DNA of 64,000 nucleotides, from assembly GCF_009914755.1 (NCBI RefSeq), contig NC_060946.1. One strand, written 5' to 3'. The notes under the pieces are model-generated. The model had not been told where the DNA came from. It saw only the letters and a list, made by a program, of their open reading frames with translations, and did no database searches. The DNA is from the human T2T-CHM13v2.0 reference genome, Homo sapiens. A program made the position numbers and the translations under genes. Positions 22,372 to 38,839 of the stretch are shown one piece after another. Every line of letters starts with the position of its first letter. Position 1 is the first letter of the stretch.

Positions 22372-23571
22372 AACGGGAAAGGGTCAGATTCACTGGCTCA
22401 GCTGTTTAACCTGTCCTGGTGCCAGCAGCTGGAGCTGGGTGTCAGGACCAGCCCGCAAGCTCTTCCCTGCCGGAAGGACCAGGCCAGTCGCTGTCCTTTT
22501 CATGCTAGAGAGTGGTTGTGGTTGCTGACTTAGCAGAGAAGGTGCTTGGCTTTCCCCTTAACTGGAGAAAAAACTTTCTAAGAACCAGGCCTGGTTGGCA
22601 GCAGACCTAGCTTTCTTGGGGTGGCAGGGAGGCTAAAGCATACCTCAGGACAGTCAGTGGTGGGTCCAGCTTCGGCTGGAGGTTCTTTCTACTGAATAAC
22701 TTCTACGGGCTCTGTCATTAGCAGGATTTGTATAATTTGAAGCAGAGCTGGGCAACTGCAGAGCAATGGGGAAGCCAGCCCAGTGTGGTGGCAAGACCTG
22801 GGCAACTTGGGACCAGCCTGGGCTGTCTCTTGCCAGCTGTTGTTATCAGAACCAGGCTCTTCACACTCAGATCCTTGGGCCCCCCATCTCAGAATGCCCA
22901 GTGGTTGAAAGGATGAAACCTGGAATTTAAGTGACTTCTCAGTGATGTGTGCCCTTCTCTGACGGTTCCTTGTTCATCCCATGTATTTACTGACTGCCTG
23001 CTATATATGCAGAGCCAAAGAGTGGGGCCTGGTCTTGAACTATCTCCTCATCTGCCCCTTCTGGCACCTCCTTCCTCCTGGGCTCTTTCCTCTAATACCG
23101 TCATCCTCTCTCCAACCTGGTTAATCCTGTCCTTTCTGCCCTCAAATGGGCACCTTCAAAGAAACAAATAGAACTACTCCACTCGCTCCCTCTCTCCCTC
23201 CCTTTACTGCCACTATTGATTGTTATAGTCACTTGCTCCAGGAAGTCCACTTGCTGAGTCTTACTGCAGACAGAGCCCACCCCCTGAGCTGTAAAGGCCC
23301 TAGGGCACATGTTTGTCCAGCTGCCTCTTGCAGCTGGGATTGTTAGGTCACTATAGCGCTACCAACTGCATATACCACTGTGGGAGTCGTGCTGGTGGCG
23401 GTAGTGGTCACAGGTACCAGGGGCAGCAGTGAAGGGGTGGCTCTAATGCCAAGTCCAGTGACCAGTGCCAGGGTGCCCAGTGGTGGCAACAGTGGTGTTT
23501 TCAGTGTGATCTTGGACATTGCTCCTGTCTACTCAGCTGCTAGTCTGTGAGCTCCCTGATATCCTTTAAGA

Positions 23572-23783
23572 CAGCGTTTTCCAGCAGCGGCACTATTAAC
23601 GTTTGGGGCTAGGTAATCGTTGGGTGTGTGAGTGTGAAGAGGGCTGTCCTGTGTGTTGTAGGCTATTTTAGCAGCATCCCGGCCTCTCCCTGCCAGGTGC
23701 CTGTAGCAGTCCCCCAGTTACGACAACCAAAAATGTGTCCAGACATTGCCAGATGTCCACTGGGAGGGAAAACCTCTCTGGTC
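23572..23783 (+). mobile_element. MER20 (hAT-Charlie) DNA transposon
   Basis: ggcactattaacgtttgggg...tttagcagcatcccggcctc...gacaaccaaaaatgtgtccagacattgccagatgtcc. Confidence 0.8.
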
Positions 23784-24369
23784 CACAGCCCTTCTCCTTA
23801 TTCCAGTCCCACATCTTCCTCCCCTTCCCCATCACTGTCCTCAGAGAGATGCTGTTGACAGCTCCTTGAGGTGATTCTCTCAGGCTTGTTGTTGTAGTTC
23901 TCTGCTGTCAAGTCTGAGCTGACTCTCTCTTCCGGATTCTTCTTTCCTCACCTGCCCCCGTTTGCATGAAGTTTTTTATGGAGCTGTTTCTATTTTCTTT
24001 TTGGGCAGCCATACTCTCTAAGACCTAAAAGCTGAATACTCGCCCGGTTACTACCTGATAATTCTCATCGCTTATGTTTCCAAAACCAAACTGGTTATTT
24101 CCCTCTCTAACCCCATCTCTGTGTCAAACAGTGGAGTACATGCTTTTGGTTAATCCAATTGGAAGGCTTCCTAGAGGAAGTAATATCTGAACTGAATCCT
24201 GAAAGATTAGGGGAAGAGGAAGAAAAGGACAGGTGCTGTGGGAAAAAGGGGAAAGTGTCAGAGGAAGTAAATGAAAAACCATATACAAAATTATCTTCTG
24301 TGACCCGTAGCACATGCCCAATCCATGGTAGATATCGAAACATAGTGGTTACCCAGTCTAATCCATCCC

Positions 24370-26097
<1,728 letters not shown>

Positions 26098-26750
26098 AGA
26101 TCCTTATTTTTTCAATTGCAATACAGCAGTATGCAAGGCACTTACTGTATGCCAAAGCTTATGCCGAGAGCTGGCTGCCAGCAGCTCCTCCTGCCTCGAG
26201 GCCTTTGTCCATGTCATCATTTCCCCTTTGGCTGTAACAGCTGCAGTTCTCTCATAATTTTAGGTTTCATCTTAAATGTCACTTCTTCAGAGGCTTCTTG
26301 ACAGCACAAGTCAGGGCCCTTGTTAGTTTCATCACATCCATTACCTTTCCTTGATCACTTGTACCATCATCTGTAATTTATTTTTATGTTTAATACGGGT
26401 GTGGGATTTCTGATTTTTTTTTTTGCTAGACTGGAAGCTCTCAGAGGGCAGGAACCATTTGTTTCCCTGCCACAGAGATGTTCAATAAATATTGTCAATT
26501 GAATGTGCAAATAATCTCACTTAACCACAGCTATGAGGGATGCTATTTTATCCCCATTTTAGAGATGACTAAACTGAGGCTTAGAACAATTAACCCAAGG
26601 TCACAGTGAATTAGTGGATCCATGTGTCTGCCTCCACACAGCCTGTGTGTTCTTAATTATTGATCACTAAGCAACAGCTGCCTCTCACAAACTGGCAGGA
26701 AACTTCAACTTTTCCCTTTTATCAATATATTGTGAACGCCTTTTCTTGCT

Positions 26751-26756
26751 AATAAA
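26751..26756 (+). terminator. CCDC134: Candidate distal polyadenylation signal of CCDC134 (long 3' UTR isoform)
   Basis: AATAAA followed by GU/U-rich tttgtgtgcgtaattttt, about 1 kb upstream of the SREBF2 start. Confidence 0.55.
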
Positions 26757-26964
26757 TATACATTTGTGTGCGTAATTTTTAATGATCCCATGGTATTCCA
26801 TCGTGTGGATGTAATTTACATATTCATTTCCTTATTCTCACTTCTTCCTAGTTACAGCACTTCTTTAAGCACTTGTAATTTTTATTCCTTTGGATAAATT
26901 CCTAGAAGTTTACAACACGACCAGCTGCAAGATGGGGCAGTGAGGTGCTTGAAGGAGTGGGTGG

Positions 26965-27107
26965 GCTGCACTTCAGAATCCCGGTGGAACTTTTTCAAAA
27001 AACTCGTGCCCGGGGCCCCCCTCTCAGGAGGCCGTCGGTGGGCCTGGGCACTGGCGTGGTTTTCAGGTCCTCAGTGGTTCCGAGGTGCCAGAGATTGAGG
27101 ACCACTG
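26965..27107. mobile_element. MER5A-like DNA transposon at the edge of the SREBF2 CpG island
   Basis: cagaatcccggtggaactttt...gggcctgggca...gattgaggaccactg terminus. Confidence 0.55.
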
Positions 27108-27326
27108 GAGTAAGCGCGAGGTCACGGCGGGTGCAAAGCAGAAGACGTAAAATCCTGACCGCCCTGGGACAATCTGCAACCTTGTCAAGCCTCCGTGCCC
27201 GCCTTTGTAAGGAGGCTGGGAGAAGCGGGACTTGGATGACCCGGACTCCCGTCCCGAGCGCTGGGGTCCAGGTTTGACTCCGCTGGCTTTCTCAGGCGGG
27301 CAGGGCGGGGGTAGGCAGCTGGGAAG

Positions 27327-27336
27327 ATGACGTAAT
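27327..27336 (+). promoter_or_regulatory. CRE/bZIP-like site ATGACGTAAT
   Basis: TGACGTAA core inside the CpG island. Confidence 0.45.
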
Positions 27337-27548
27337 GTGCTCCCAGCCAGGCCTGGAGGCGGCCAGCGGTCGCAGGTGGAGGGTGGCCTGTTAACCCTTC
27401 ACTCCCAGGCCAGTGGACGGACTTGCGTGTGGCGCAGATCCAACGGAGAAGGCAGCGGCTCCTTTAAACAAGGCGGAGAAGGTTAAGATGATGACCGGAC
27501 GGCTACTCCAGGCATTCGCTCCGAGGCCGCGGGGGGAGGGACCTCACT

Positions 27549-27556
27549 ATGCAAAT
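27549..27556 (+). promoter_or_regulatory. Octamer motif ATGCAAAT
   Basis: Perfect POU octamer 25 nt upstream of the SRE; function not shown by sequence. Confidence 0.45.
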
Positions 27557-27581
27557 CTGAGCTGCTGATCGATGACGCGCC

Positions 27582-27591
27582 ATCACCCCAC
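27582..27591 (+). promoter_or_regulatory. SREBF2: Sterol regulatory element SRE-1 (ATCACCCCAC), SREBF2 autoregulation
   Basis: Exact match to the classical LDLR SRE-1 decamer, next to an NF-Y box; SREBF2 autoregulation through such an element is established. Confidence 0.93.
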
Positions 27592-27607
27592 GCACCGCTT
27601 CGCTCGC

Positions 27608-27618
27608 CCATTGGCTGA
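27608..27618 (-). promoter_or_regulatory. SREBF2: Inverted CCAAT box (NF-Y), TCAGCCAATGG on - strand
   Basis: ATTGG at 27610-27614 with good NF-Y flanks, ~18 nt from the SRE (typical SREBP/NF-Y module). Confidence 0.85.
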
Positions 27619-27664
27619 GATGAGCCTGGTCCCATTGACAACAAACAGGGGGGCGCGCGGCCTG

Positions 27665-27716
27665 GAGGCGGGGCCGCAGGGGGCGCGGGCTGGGGCGGGG
27701 GAATCCCGCCCCGCCC
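27665..27716. promoter_or_regulatory. SREBF2: GC-box cluster (Sp/KLF): GAGGCGGGG, GGGGCGGGG, CCCGCCCCGCCC
   Basis: Motifs at 27665, 27692 and 27705, just upstream of the inferred start region. Confidence 0.75.
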
Positions 27717-27744
27717 TTTCTGTGCGGCGCCCGGGCGCAACGCA

Positions 27745-27755
27745 AACATGGCGGC
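27745..27755 (+). promoter_or_regulatory. YY1 motif AACATGGCGGC (overlaps uORF1 ATG)
   Basis: Matches AANATGGCGGC, located just downstream of the inferred TSS. Confidence 0.65.
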
Positions 27756-27774
27756 GGGTGGCACCCGTCGGTGA
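27748..27774 (+). other. SREBF2 uORF1 MAAGGTRR*
   Basis: aacATGg strong Kozak; TGA at 27772-27774; lies between the GC boxes and the main ATG. Confidence 0.65.
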
Positions 27775-27804
27775 GGCGGTGCCGGGCGGGGGTTGTCGGG
27801 TGTC

Positions 27805-27843
27805 ATGGGCGGTGGCGACGGCACCGCCCCCGCGTCTCCCTGA
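27805..27843 (+). other. SREBF2 uORF2 MGGGDGTAPASP*
   Basis: gtcATGg strong Kozak; TGA at 27841-27843; out of frame with the main ORF and ends 38 nt before it. Confidence 0.7.
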
Positions 27844-27881
27844 GCGGGACGGCAGGGGGGGCTTCTGCGCTGAGCCGGGCG

Positions 27882-27969
27882 ATGGACGACAGCGGCGAGC
27901 TGGGTGGTCTGGAGACCATGGAGACCCTCACGGAGCTGGGCGACGAGCTGACCCTGGGAGACATCGACG
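27882..27969 (+). CDS. SREBF2: SREBF2 coding exon 1 MDDSGELGGLETMETLTELGDELTLGDID(E); acidic transactivation domain
   Basis: Recognisable SREBP-2 N-terminus; gcgATGg; 88 nt; donor GTGAGT at 27970. Confidence 0.98.
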
Positions 27970-29781
27970 GTGAGTGGTGGGTGGGTGGGAGTGCGGGGGC
28001 CGCGCGGGGAGGAAGGGGTTACGGCGGCGCGCCCGGGTGCGCGTGCGCCCACCCCCCGACAGCCCCGGTTCGCGCGGGAAGAACCCCGTGCGCACGGTGC
28101 CCCCGGCGGTCCTCAACCCTTCCGGCGCTGCGAGCGTGAGCCCGACCCAGCTGCGCCGCTCCGGGAGGCCGTGGGATCTGGGGCGCCGCGGGGCCGAAAG
28201 CGGCGCGAGGGTCGCGGGTTCCAGAGCGCGGGGCTAGGGACGTCGCGGGGGCGTCTCAGGGAGCGGCCTAAGGAGAGCGCGTGGCCGCCGCCTCCCTCGC
28301 GCGCCCACACGCGGTTTCCGTGGTCCGCTCTCCCGCCGCCCGCGACCGCGCGTCGCACCTGTCACTCCCTTCCTGGCCGCGGGGACGTCTTTGGGATTCC
28401 CGGGGCCCAGCCCCCAGTCTCCGCGCCCCGAATCCCTGGGCTTCTCAGGATTGACCGACGGCCAGGTCGCCGGGTGCTCCGCGAAACTTTGGGCAGCGAC
28501 TGCAGAAGCAAGTTGCTGATGAAGAGAGCAGTGGCGGCGGAGTGTGGACACATCTCTCCGGGATGGAGACCCGGGCGCTCCTGCTGTCACGCTGCAAGGG
28601 GAATTGAGCAGAAGAAATTTTGAGTTGTGGCCCCTCGGGTACGGGCTGGGGAGCGGGTGGCCTTTGTTCCAGCGCCTTAACAGCGGAGTGGAAGAGCTGG
28701 TAGGAGCCCAGGGATCCACTCTTAAAATACTAATTTTGCGACCACGGGAACAACGATTTGGAGAGGGTCAGCGGCTTGCTCAAGGTCACCCAGCTGGTTA
28801 GAGCCTAGTTCTTGCAGTTCCTTGGCCAGTATTGGTTTTTTTATACCCCTCCTTTCAAGAAAGAGTCCAGTTGACTAGGCTAGTAATCTTATTAACTGGA
28901 TAGTTGCACTCTTATGTTTAGGCCCCAAAATGCTTTGTATTATTTCACTTCTTCCTCACAACAATCCTGTGAGATACTCTTATTACCTCTATTTTAATAC
29001 GGTAATTAAAGAAGCCGAGGCCAGGAGATGTTGACTTATCTAAGGCCACTCACCTTAGAGAGCTTAGGCAGAAACACAGGTGCATTGTACTTTTCAGTTT
29101 TCAGAATGCTTTCATGTCCAGGATCTCACTACAGCCTTGCAGGCATGTATGATGGCTACATCCCCGTTGTGCAGATGAAGAAGCAGAAGCAGCAGAAGAT
29201 TCTCTTTTGGGGGAAGAGATAAATGCAGCAGCTAATTGAAAAGGATCTGTTTGCCATTTTCCCATTTTGCTTTTGTAATATTTCTCCCCTTGGTTTGTCC
29301 TTGATTTCCATTTTGGTCATGTGGGCAGTGTGATAAGACCCTTAATTGAAGCCCCAGTTCTAACCACAGACTCTTTGCTAAGTGCTTCTAAATACAGAAA
29401 TGGGTTAACAAATGGGGGATGGGGTAGGTGGGGGTTGGGAACATAGCAAGGGCAGCTAACATGTTTTGAGAACTTCTGTGCCAGACGGTGTTAAACAGTT
29501 ATACACGTTAATGTTCTCAATCTTCCTAACAACCCTGTCAGGTAGAGAGAACTGTTATACTTGTCATCTCCCTCTCACTGATCCTGAAAGTGAGGCCCAG
29601 GGTGGTTCATTAATTTACTGAAGATTACACAGCCAGTAGAAAGTACTGTATGTCTATAGCTGCCTACCTGCAAGGGCACAGAAAGAAATTCATGTGCATT
29701 TTGCATTCCTATTCCATGATCAATTCCTATTTGTCTTATTTTGTTTATCTGATTTTTAAATTTAAATTTTTATTTATTTAG

Positions 29782-30670
<889 letters not shown>

Positions 30671-31897
30671 CTGTCTTAATTTGTAATGAGTTTAAATTAC
30701 CTAGTGGTTAATACTGTCTTTATCCCCACAGATTTCTGAATAAAATGGAAACTACCACCCTCTGGAAACTACCACAGTGGTTCAGTGGCTTCATAGGTCC
30801 ATTAGGTTTGATCCCAGTGGAAGAAGATTCCATTTCTCTGTCCTTCCAGAAGACCTGGTTTATAACAGTGCATAAGGCTTTTTCTCAAAATAGTTATATA
30901 CCGCACAAGGAAGAGGTGTGGCTGTTGTGTCACAGGAGACCTAGGGGCCAGGTTTGGGAAAAGTGGTTCCATGTCTTCAGTTGATCAACAAGTATTCAAG
31001 TGCTGGCTGTGGTTTCTGAGCTGTAAGGAATCATGAAAGATAGCATAGAATTTTATGGCTTCATGGAGCTTGAGATGAGAAACTCTAGTGCCAGTATGGA
31101 ACAGCTTAAAATTGCACAGCACAACAAGTAAAAGTCAGCAGTGAGGGTAGCTTGGTAAAGGCTGGCTTAGCAGGAAGACCACACCAAAGAGGTGGCTCTT
31201 GACCTGGGCCTTGGAGGACAAAAAGAGTTGGGCATGCTGAAGGTCAGTGGTCTGAAGATAAAATTATCCCTTGATTCTCACCCCTGTGTTCCCATTACTG
31301 AATGTTAGCTCCTTGAGGCAGAGACCTTCATTTCATTCCCACTAAATTCTTTGAACCTAGAACAGTGCCTGGCACAGTGAGAGTGCCCATTAAATATTTG
31401 TGGAATGCCTGAGTGATCCAGTGATCTTGGGCTGGGCAGGATACTAATTGTCTTGGACATGGTTTGGAGTTGGATTAGATCAAGGAAATAGCCAGCCTGG
31501 ATGCTTCTAGGAGCCGGTCAGGTGAGGAAGGGGAGAGGCAGGCAGGGTGAGTACATTTACTTCCTTTGTATGTGTATGGTGGGGATAAGGGGTGGATGCA
31601 ACCTAGAGAGCCTCCAGGAGGTGCAGGCAGGCAAGGATCCATTCATTCCACAATGTCTGCTGTGTTCCAGTCCATTGGTACCCTTCAAGGATATGGGCTC
31701 AGGGAGGCCACATTCATTTACTCATTGAATGGCTTCTAAGTATTCATGATGGACAAAGGATAACTTGAGCGCGACAGATCATGTGTCTTCTCTCTCACGA
31801 AGCTTACATTCTTGATGGAGGAAATACAAGTTGAGTAAAATAAATGAACAGTTTAGGCAGGGCACTGTGAGCAAAATAAAATTGGGCCATATTATAG

Positions 31898-33552
<1,655 letters not shown>

Positions 33553-33629
33553 TTAGGAAACTGTAGCCATCCAGGTGTGAGGTGATGAAGGGTGACAAAT
33601 TTGGATGGGAAGTGGCCCTCATTCAAATA

Positions 33630-33841
33630 CCTTTCCATGGCACTGACTTGGGCCTCTGCTTGCTTCTCCCTGCAGAAACCCAGTTTGACAGAGTACCCTG
33701 CAGTACCTGGCACTGACTAGGTGTTCTGTAAAGGTGTGTCTGATGAGGAAAGGAAAGCACCTCAAGTTCAGTCTGAGTGTTCACACCATTGGGAAGGTTG
33801 GAGTGGCCAACTGGGTGAGCAAGGAGTGAGTGTTGGGGATG
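33630..33841 (+). repeat. Local direct duplication, copy 1 (copy 2 at 35663-35885)
   Basis: cctttccatggcactga...ggagtgagtgttggggatg aligns end to end with copy 2, with a few substitutions and two small indels. Confidence 0.92.
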
Positions 33842-34349
33842 TGACAGGACATGTCCTCACTGAAGGCTTGTCCCTGAAGGCAGAGCAGAGGGAGAATTCT
33901 AAGATCCCATTAAGACTTTGAGCCTGGAGCACTGGGGGAGTTAGGAGTCAGCAGAAAGAGGTGGTTAGGGGAAATGATGAAAATTTATCTTAATTGTGCT
34001 GAAATTGGGGTGCCTGGGGGTCATCCATTAGGAAATGAGATGTAGATACTTAGGAGAAGGTAAAACTGGGATGGAGATTGAAGAGAGTCACTGCTGAGTC
34101 AAGAGGAGAGAACTGGGAGATTAGAGGTTAGGAAAGTGTTAGCTTTTCAAGGAGTAGTCTGTAGATGGTGGAGACAATGCCACAGAGAACAACAAGGATG
34201 ACAAGGCCATGCAAGGAGTCGTGGGACTTGGTATTAGGAGGCCAAACCTTGCCAGAACAGTCAGATGAGGGAATCCAAGGCAGAAAGGAAGCAGGGGTGA
34301 GTGGGAGATGGGCAGGTGGAAGCAAGTAGTTCTCTTTGGAGAAAGTAGA

Positions 34350-35560
34350 ATAATTTTTTCAATGAGCTGATCTACTTTCTGTCTTGATGAGTTTGCCTGT
34401 TCTGGACAACTCATAAATGGAATCAGACAGGTAGCATAATATTGCTTAGGTTCATCATGTTGCAGTGTAGTGTTCCATTGCATGGACACACCGCATTCTG
34501 TTTTATCTACTCTTCAGTTGGTGGACATTTGGGCCGTTTCCACTCTGGCTACATTATGAATGAAGCTGCTACAAACTTGTGTACAAGTTGCTGTGTGGAC
34601 ATATATGTTCATTTCTCTTGGGTAGATCTTCTACATTTTTTGTTGTTTATGTTTTCCAAGAGCTTATAATAAATAGTCCCATTTATTCACATGCTTAGTT
34701 TCTTTTTTTTTTTTTTTTTTTGAGACGGAGTCTCACTCTGTCGCCCAGGCTGAAGTGCAGTGGCGCGGTCTCAGCTCACTGCAGCCTCTGCCTCCTGGGT
34801 TCAGGCAGTTCTCTGCCTCAGCCTCCCAAGTAGCTGGGATTATAGGCACCCACCTCCACACCCAGCTAATTTTTTGTATTTTTAGTAGAGACAGGGTTTC
34901 ACCATCTTGGCCAGGCTGGTCTTGAACTCCTGACCTTGTGATCCACCCGACTCGGTCTCCCAAAGTGCTGGGATTACAGACGTGAGCCACCGCGCCCGGC
35001 CCACATGCTTAGTTTCTATGTTCCTGTAACTAATTTGCCCTAAATCTTGTGACAGAAACTTGCAATGTGGTGGTCAATTCCTTTCTTTCCTGTCCCATCT
35101 GATGGCTATGGTTTAGGTCTGCTCTCCCTTCACTTATCTTGGGACAACCCCTAACCATCACCCTTGGGGGCAATGTTGAAGCTCTTCTTTCCCAGTTCTT
35201 GATTTTTACTCACTTATTTTAGTGGAGCACATCCTCCAGTGGCTTCCTGAGAAAGAGTACATTTAGGTAACTCTTCGAGGCCTTGCCTGTCTAAAAACAT
35301 CTTTCTACCAACCTCATTCCACTTTGGTAGTTTGGCTGAGTTTAGAATTTTAGGTTGGACAGAGTTTTATGTCAGAATTTTGAAGGCATTGTCTGATTAT
35401 CTTCTTGCTTCTAGTAGAGAAATCTGATGCCATTTCCATTCTTGATCCTTTGTGTGACCTGTTTTCTTCTCTGGAAGCTTTTGGGATCCTGTCTTTATGT
35501 TCTGAATTCCATGACAACGTGCCTTGATGTGACTGGGCCGACAGTCACTGTCCCAACTTG
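34350..35560 (-). mobile_element. Old L1M fragments (interrupted by an Alu at 34703-35001)
   Basis: ctgttctggaca..tcataaatggaatca, ggtggacatttgggccgtttccac, agaattttaggttg, gagaaatctgatgcc. Confidence 0.6.
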
Positions 35561-35662
35561 TTGGGGCTCTGGAGAGCTGTGTCTGATACCTGAATTCATG
35601 CAGTCCCCCTGCCATCAGCCTCCTTGTCACCTGAGCCTGCAGAGGAACTTCCAGTACCTGAG

Positions 35663-35885
35663 CCTTTCCATGGCACTGATTTGGGCCTCTGCTTGCTTCT
35701 CTCTGCAGACACCCAGTTTCATCTTTGGCAGAGTATCCTGCATGCAGTACCTGGCACTGAATAGGCACTCTGTAAAGGTGTGTCTAATGAGGGAAGGAAA
35801 GCACCTCAAGTTCAGTCTGGGTGTTCACACCATTGGGAAAGTTGGAGTGGCCAACTGGCTGAGCTAGGAGTGAGTGTTGGGGATG
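35663..35885 (+). repeat. Local direct duplication, copy 2
   Basis: Same sequence as 33630-33841, with extra catcttt and catg segments. Confidence 0.92.
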
Positions 35886-36869
35886 GTTGTGGTCAGCACA
35901 CCCCTAGGAGGTGGAGGTGGGAGAAGAGTGGAAACTGACTTCACATTTCTCCAGGGAGGGATGCTTTGGAAAAACTGCTCAGTGAGATGAAGCACAGATC
36001 TGCTTTTCATCCCTTTTGTACCTTTTTAAAGACATAAGGTATGTTTTGACACTGGAGTATATATGAGGGTTGCTAACGTTTGGGTTGAAAGAGCTGCTGT
36101 TGTCCACAGCTTATTTATTTTCCACCCATTTTTGTCTCCTGGTCTCATCCAGTTACATTTCCTGGGATATGTTTTTGGAGGTTGCTCAGATCACGGCACT
36201 AGAGTCCCTTTGGGTTTCTCCTCCCTCCTCTGTCTATTTGGCCTCGCCCTTGACAAACATTCCCCACATTCACACCCAGGCCTTTGGCCTAATGTTCTTG
36301 AATGTTGCTTGCCTCTCATTGAATAGGCTTTTATGTAGCTCTCATATTCAGTTCATATTTTGGCATTTTAAAAAATATATATTTTTGCTTCTTTCTCAAC
36401 TAGATCATTTCACTCCTCAAATTTGTAATTAAAAAAAGGAAATTCTCAAGCAGTTTTATTCAATTAGAACTTTGCAAATATCAAATTGTCCGTATCCTTC
36501 TGGATTCTTGTCTGAACATTGCTTATCTGCGTACATATCACAGTGTTTTCACATAGGGATTGCTGTATGTTGAAGTAGTTGAGGTGTAATAGCCATATAA
36601 TCTAATGTGATCCATCTGAATAGGCAAACCCTTGCACACCTGTGTACCTGTTGAACATTTTCATCATTTGCAGTTTTTTCTTAACATAAGCACTGTTCTG
36701 AATACTTGTGAACAAGTCACTTGGGAGTTTGTTCATGGGCGTGTATCTTCCAAAGAGGAGTCTTCACGTTCAGCTGGGTAACACACTATCAGCTGTAGCC
36801 CTTTCATTTTAAAAACATTTCCAGTGCTGCAAATTACTATGGTGATTGGGAATTACAACTTGGAAATAT

Positions 36870-37390
36870 TTTTATTTTTTTAAAAGATAGTACATTCATA
36901 TGAATCAAAATAAAATACATAAAAAGGTACTATGAAAAGTCTTGCTCCCGGCCCTACCCACTATCTGCGTAGTCCCACCGCTCCCTCACAAGTAATTAAA
37001 TTTTTAGTTTCTTTTACCTGCTTCAAAATGTATTTGTTATTACAAAAGAAGCTAATAACAAATATTGATTTTAGTTTTTGCTTTGCTTTCCTTTTTGACT
37101 GAAAAAGTTAGCATGCTATAAGCCCTGTTCTTCTGTGCCTTGCCTTTTCCTTTCTGCTTACCAATGTATCTTATAGATCATCCCAGACTTTTTCACTGCT
37201 GCATGGTTTTCCATTTGATGATGCCCTGTAATTTATTCATCCAGTCCTTTTTTGATGGACATCTGAAGGTATTTTCAGTCTTCTGCTATTAAAAACAATG
37301 CTGCGAATAGCTTTGTAAATTCTTCCTTTCACACATGTGCAAGTCTAGAGGCAGGAGCGGTTACCAGAAGTGGGATTGTTGGATCAAAGC
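36870..37390 (-). mobile_element. Old L1M(E) 3' fragment
   Basis: ttgatggacat...ctgctattaaaaacaatgctgc...ccagaagtgggattgttggatcaaag. Confidence 0.55.
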
Positions 37391-37451
37391 CAGGGTGGTG
37401 CTGTCTCCGACATAGTTGTCGCAAGAATCCAGTTAGGTAAAACATAAGAGG

Positions 37452-38839
<1,388 letters not shown>

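Larger units (their letters stand above)
27000..28750. promoter_or_regulatory. SREBF2: CpG island / SREBF2 promoter and exon 1
   Basis: Dense CpG and very high GC relative to the flanks; spans the SREBF2 ATG. Confidence 0.93.

Noticed and set aside
27483-28719. Long overlapping Arg/Pro/Gly-rich ORFs on both strands
   Set aside because: Expected stop-codon depletion in a CpG island.
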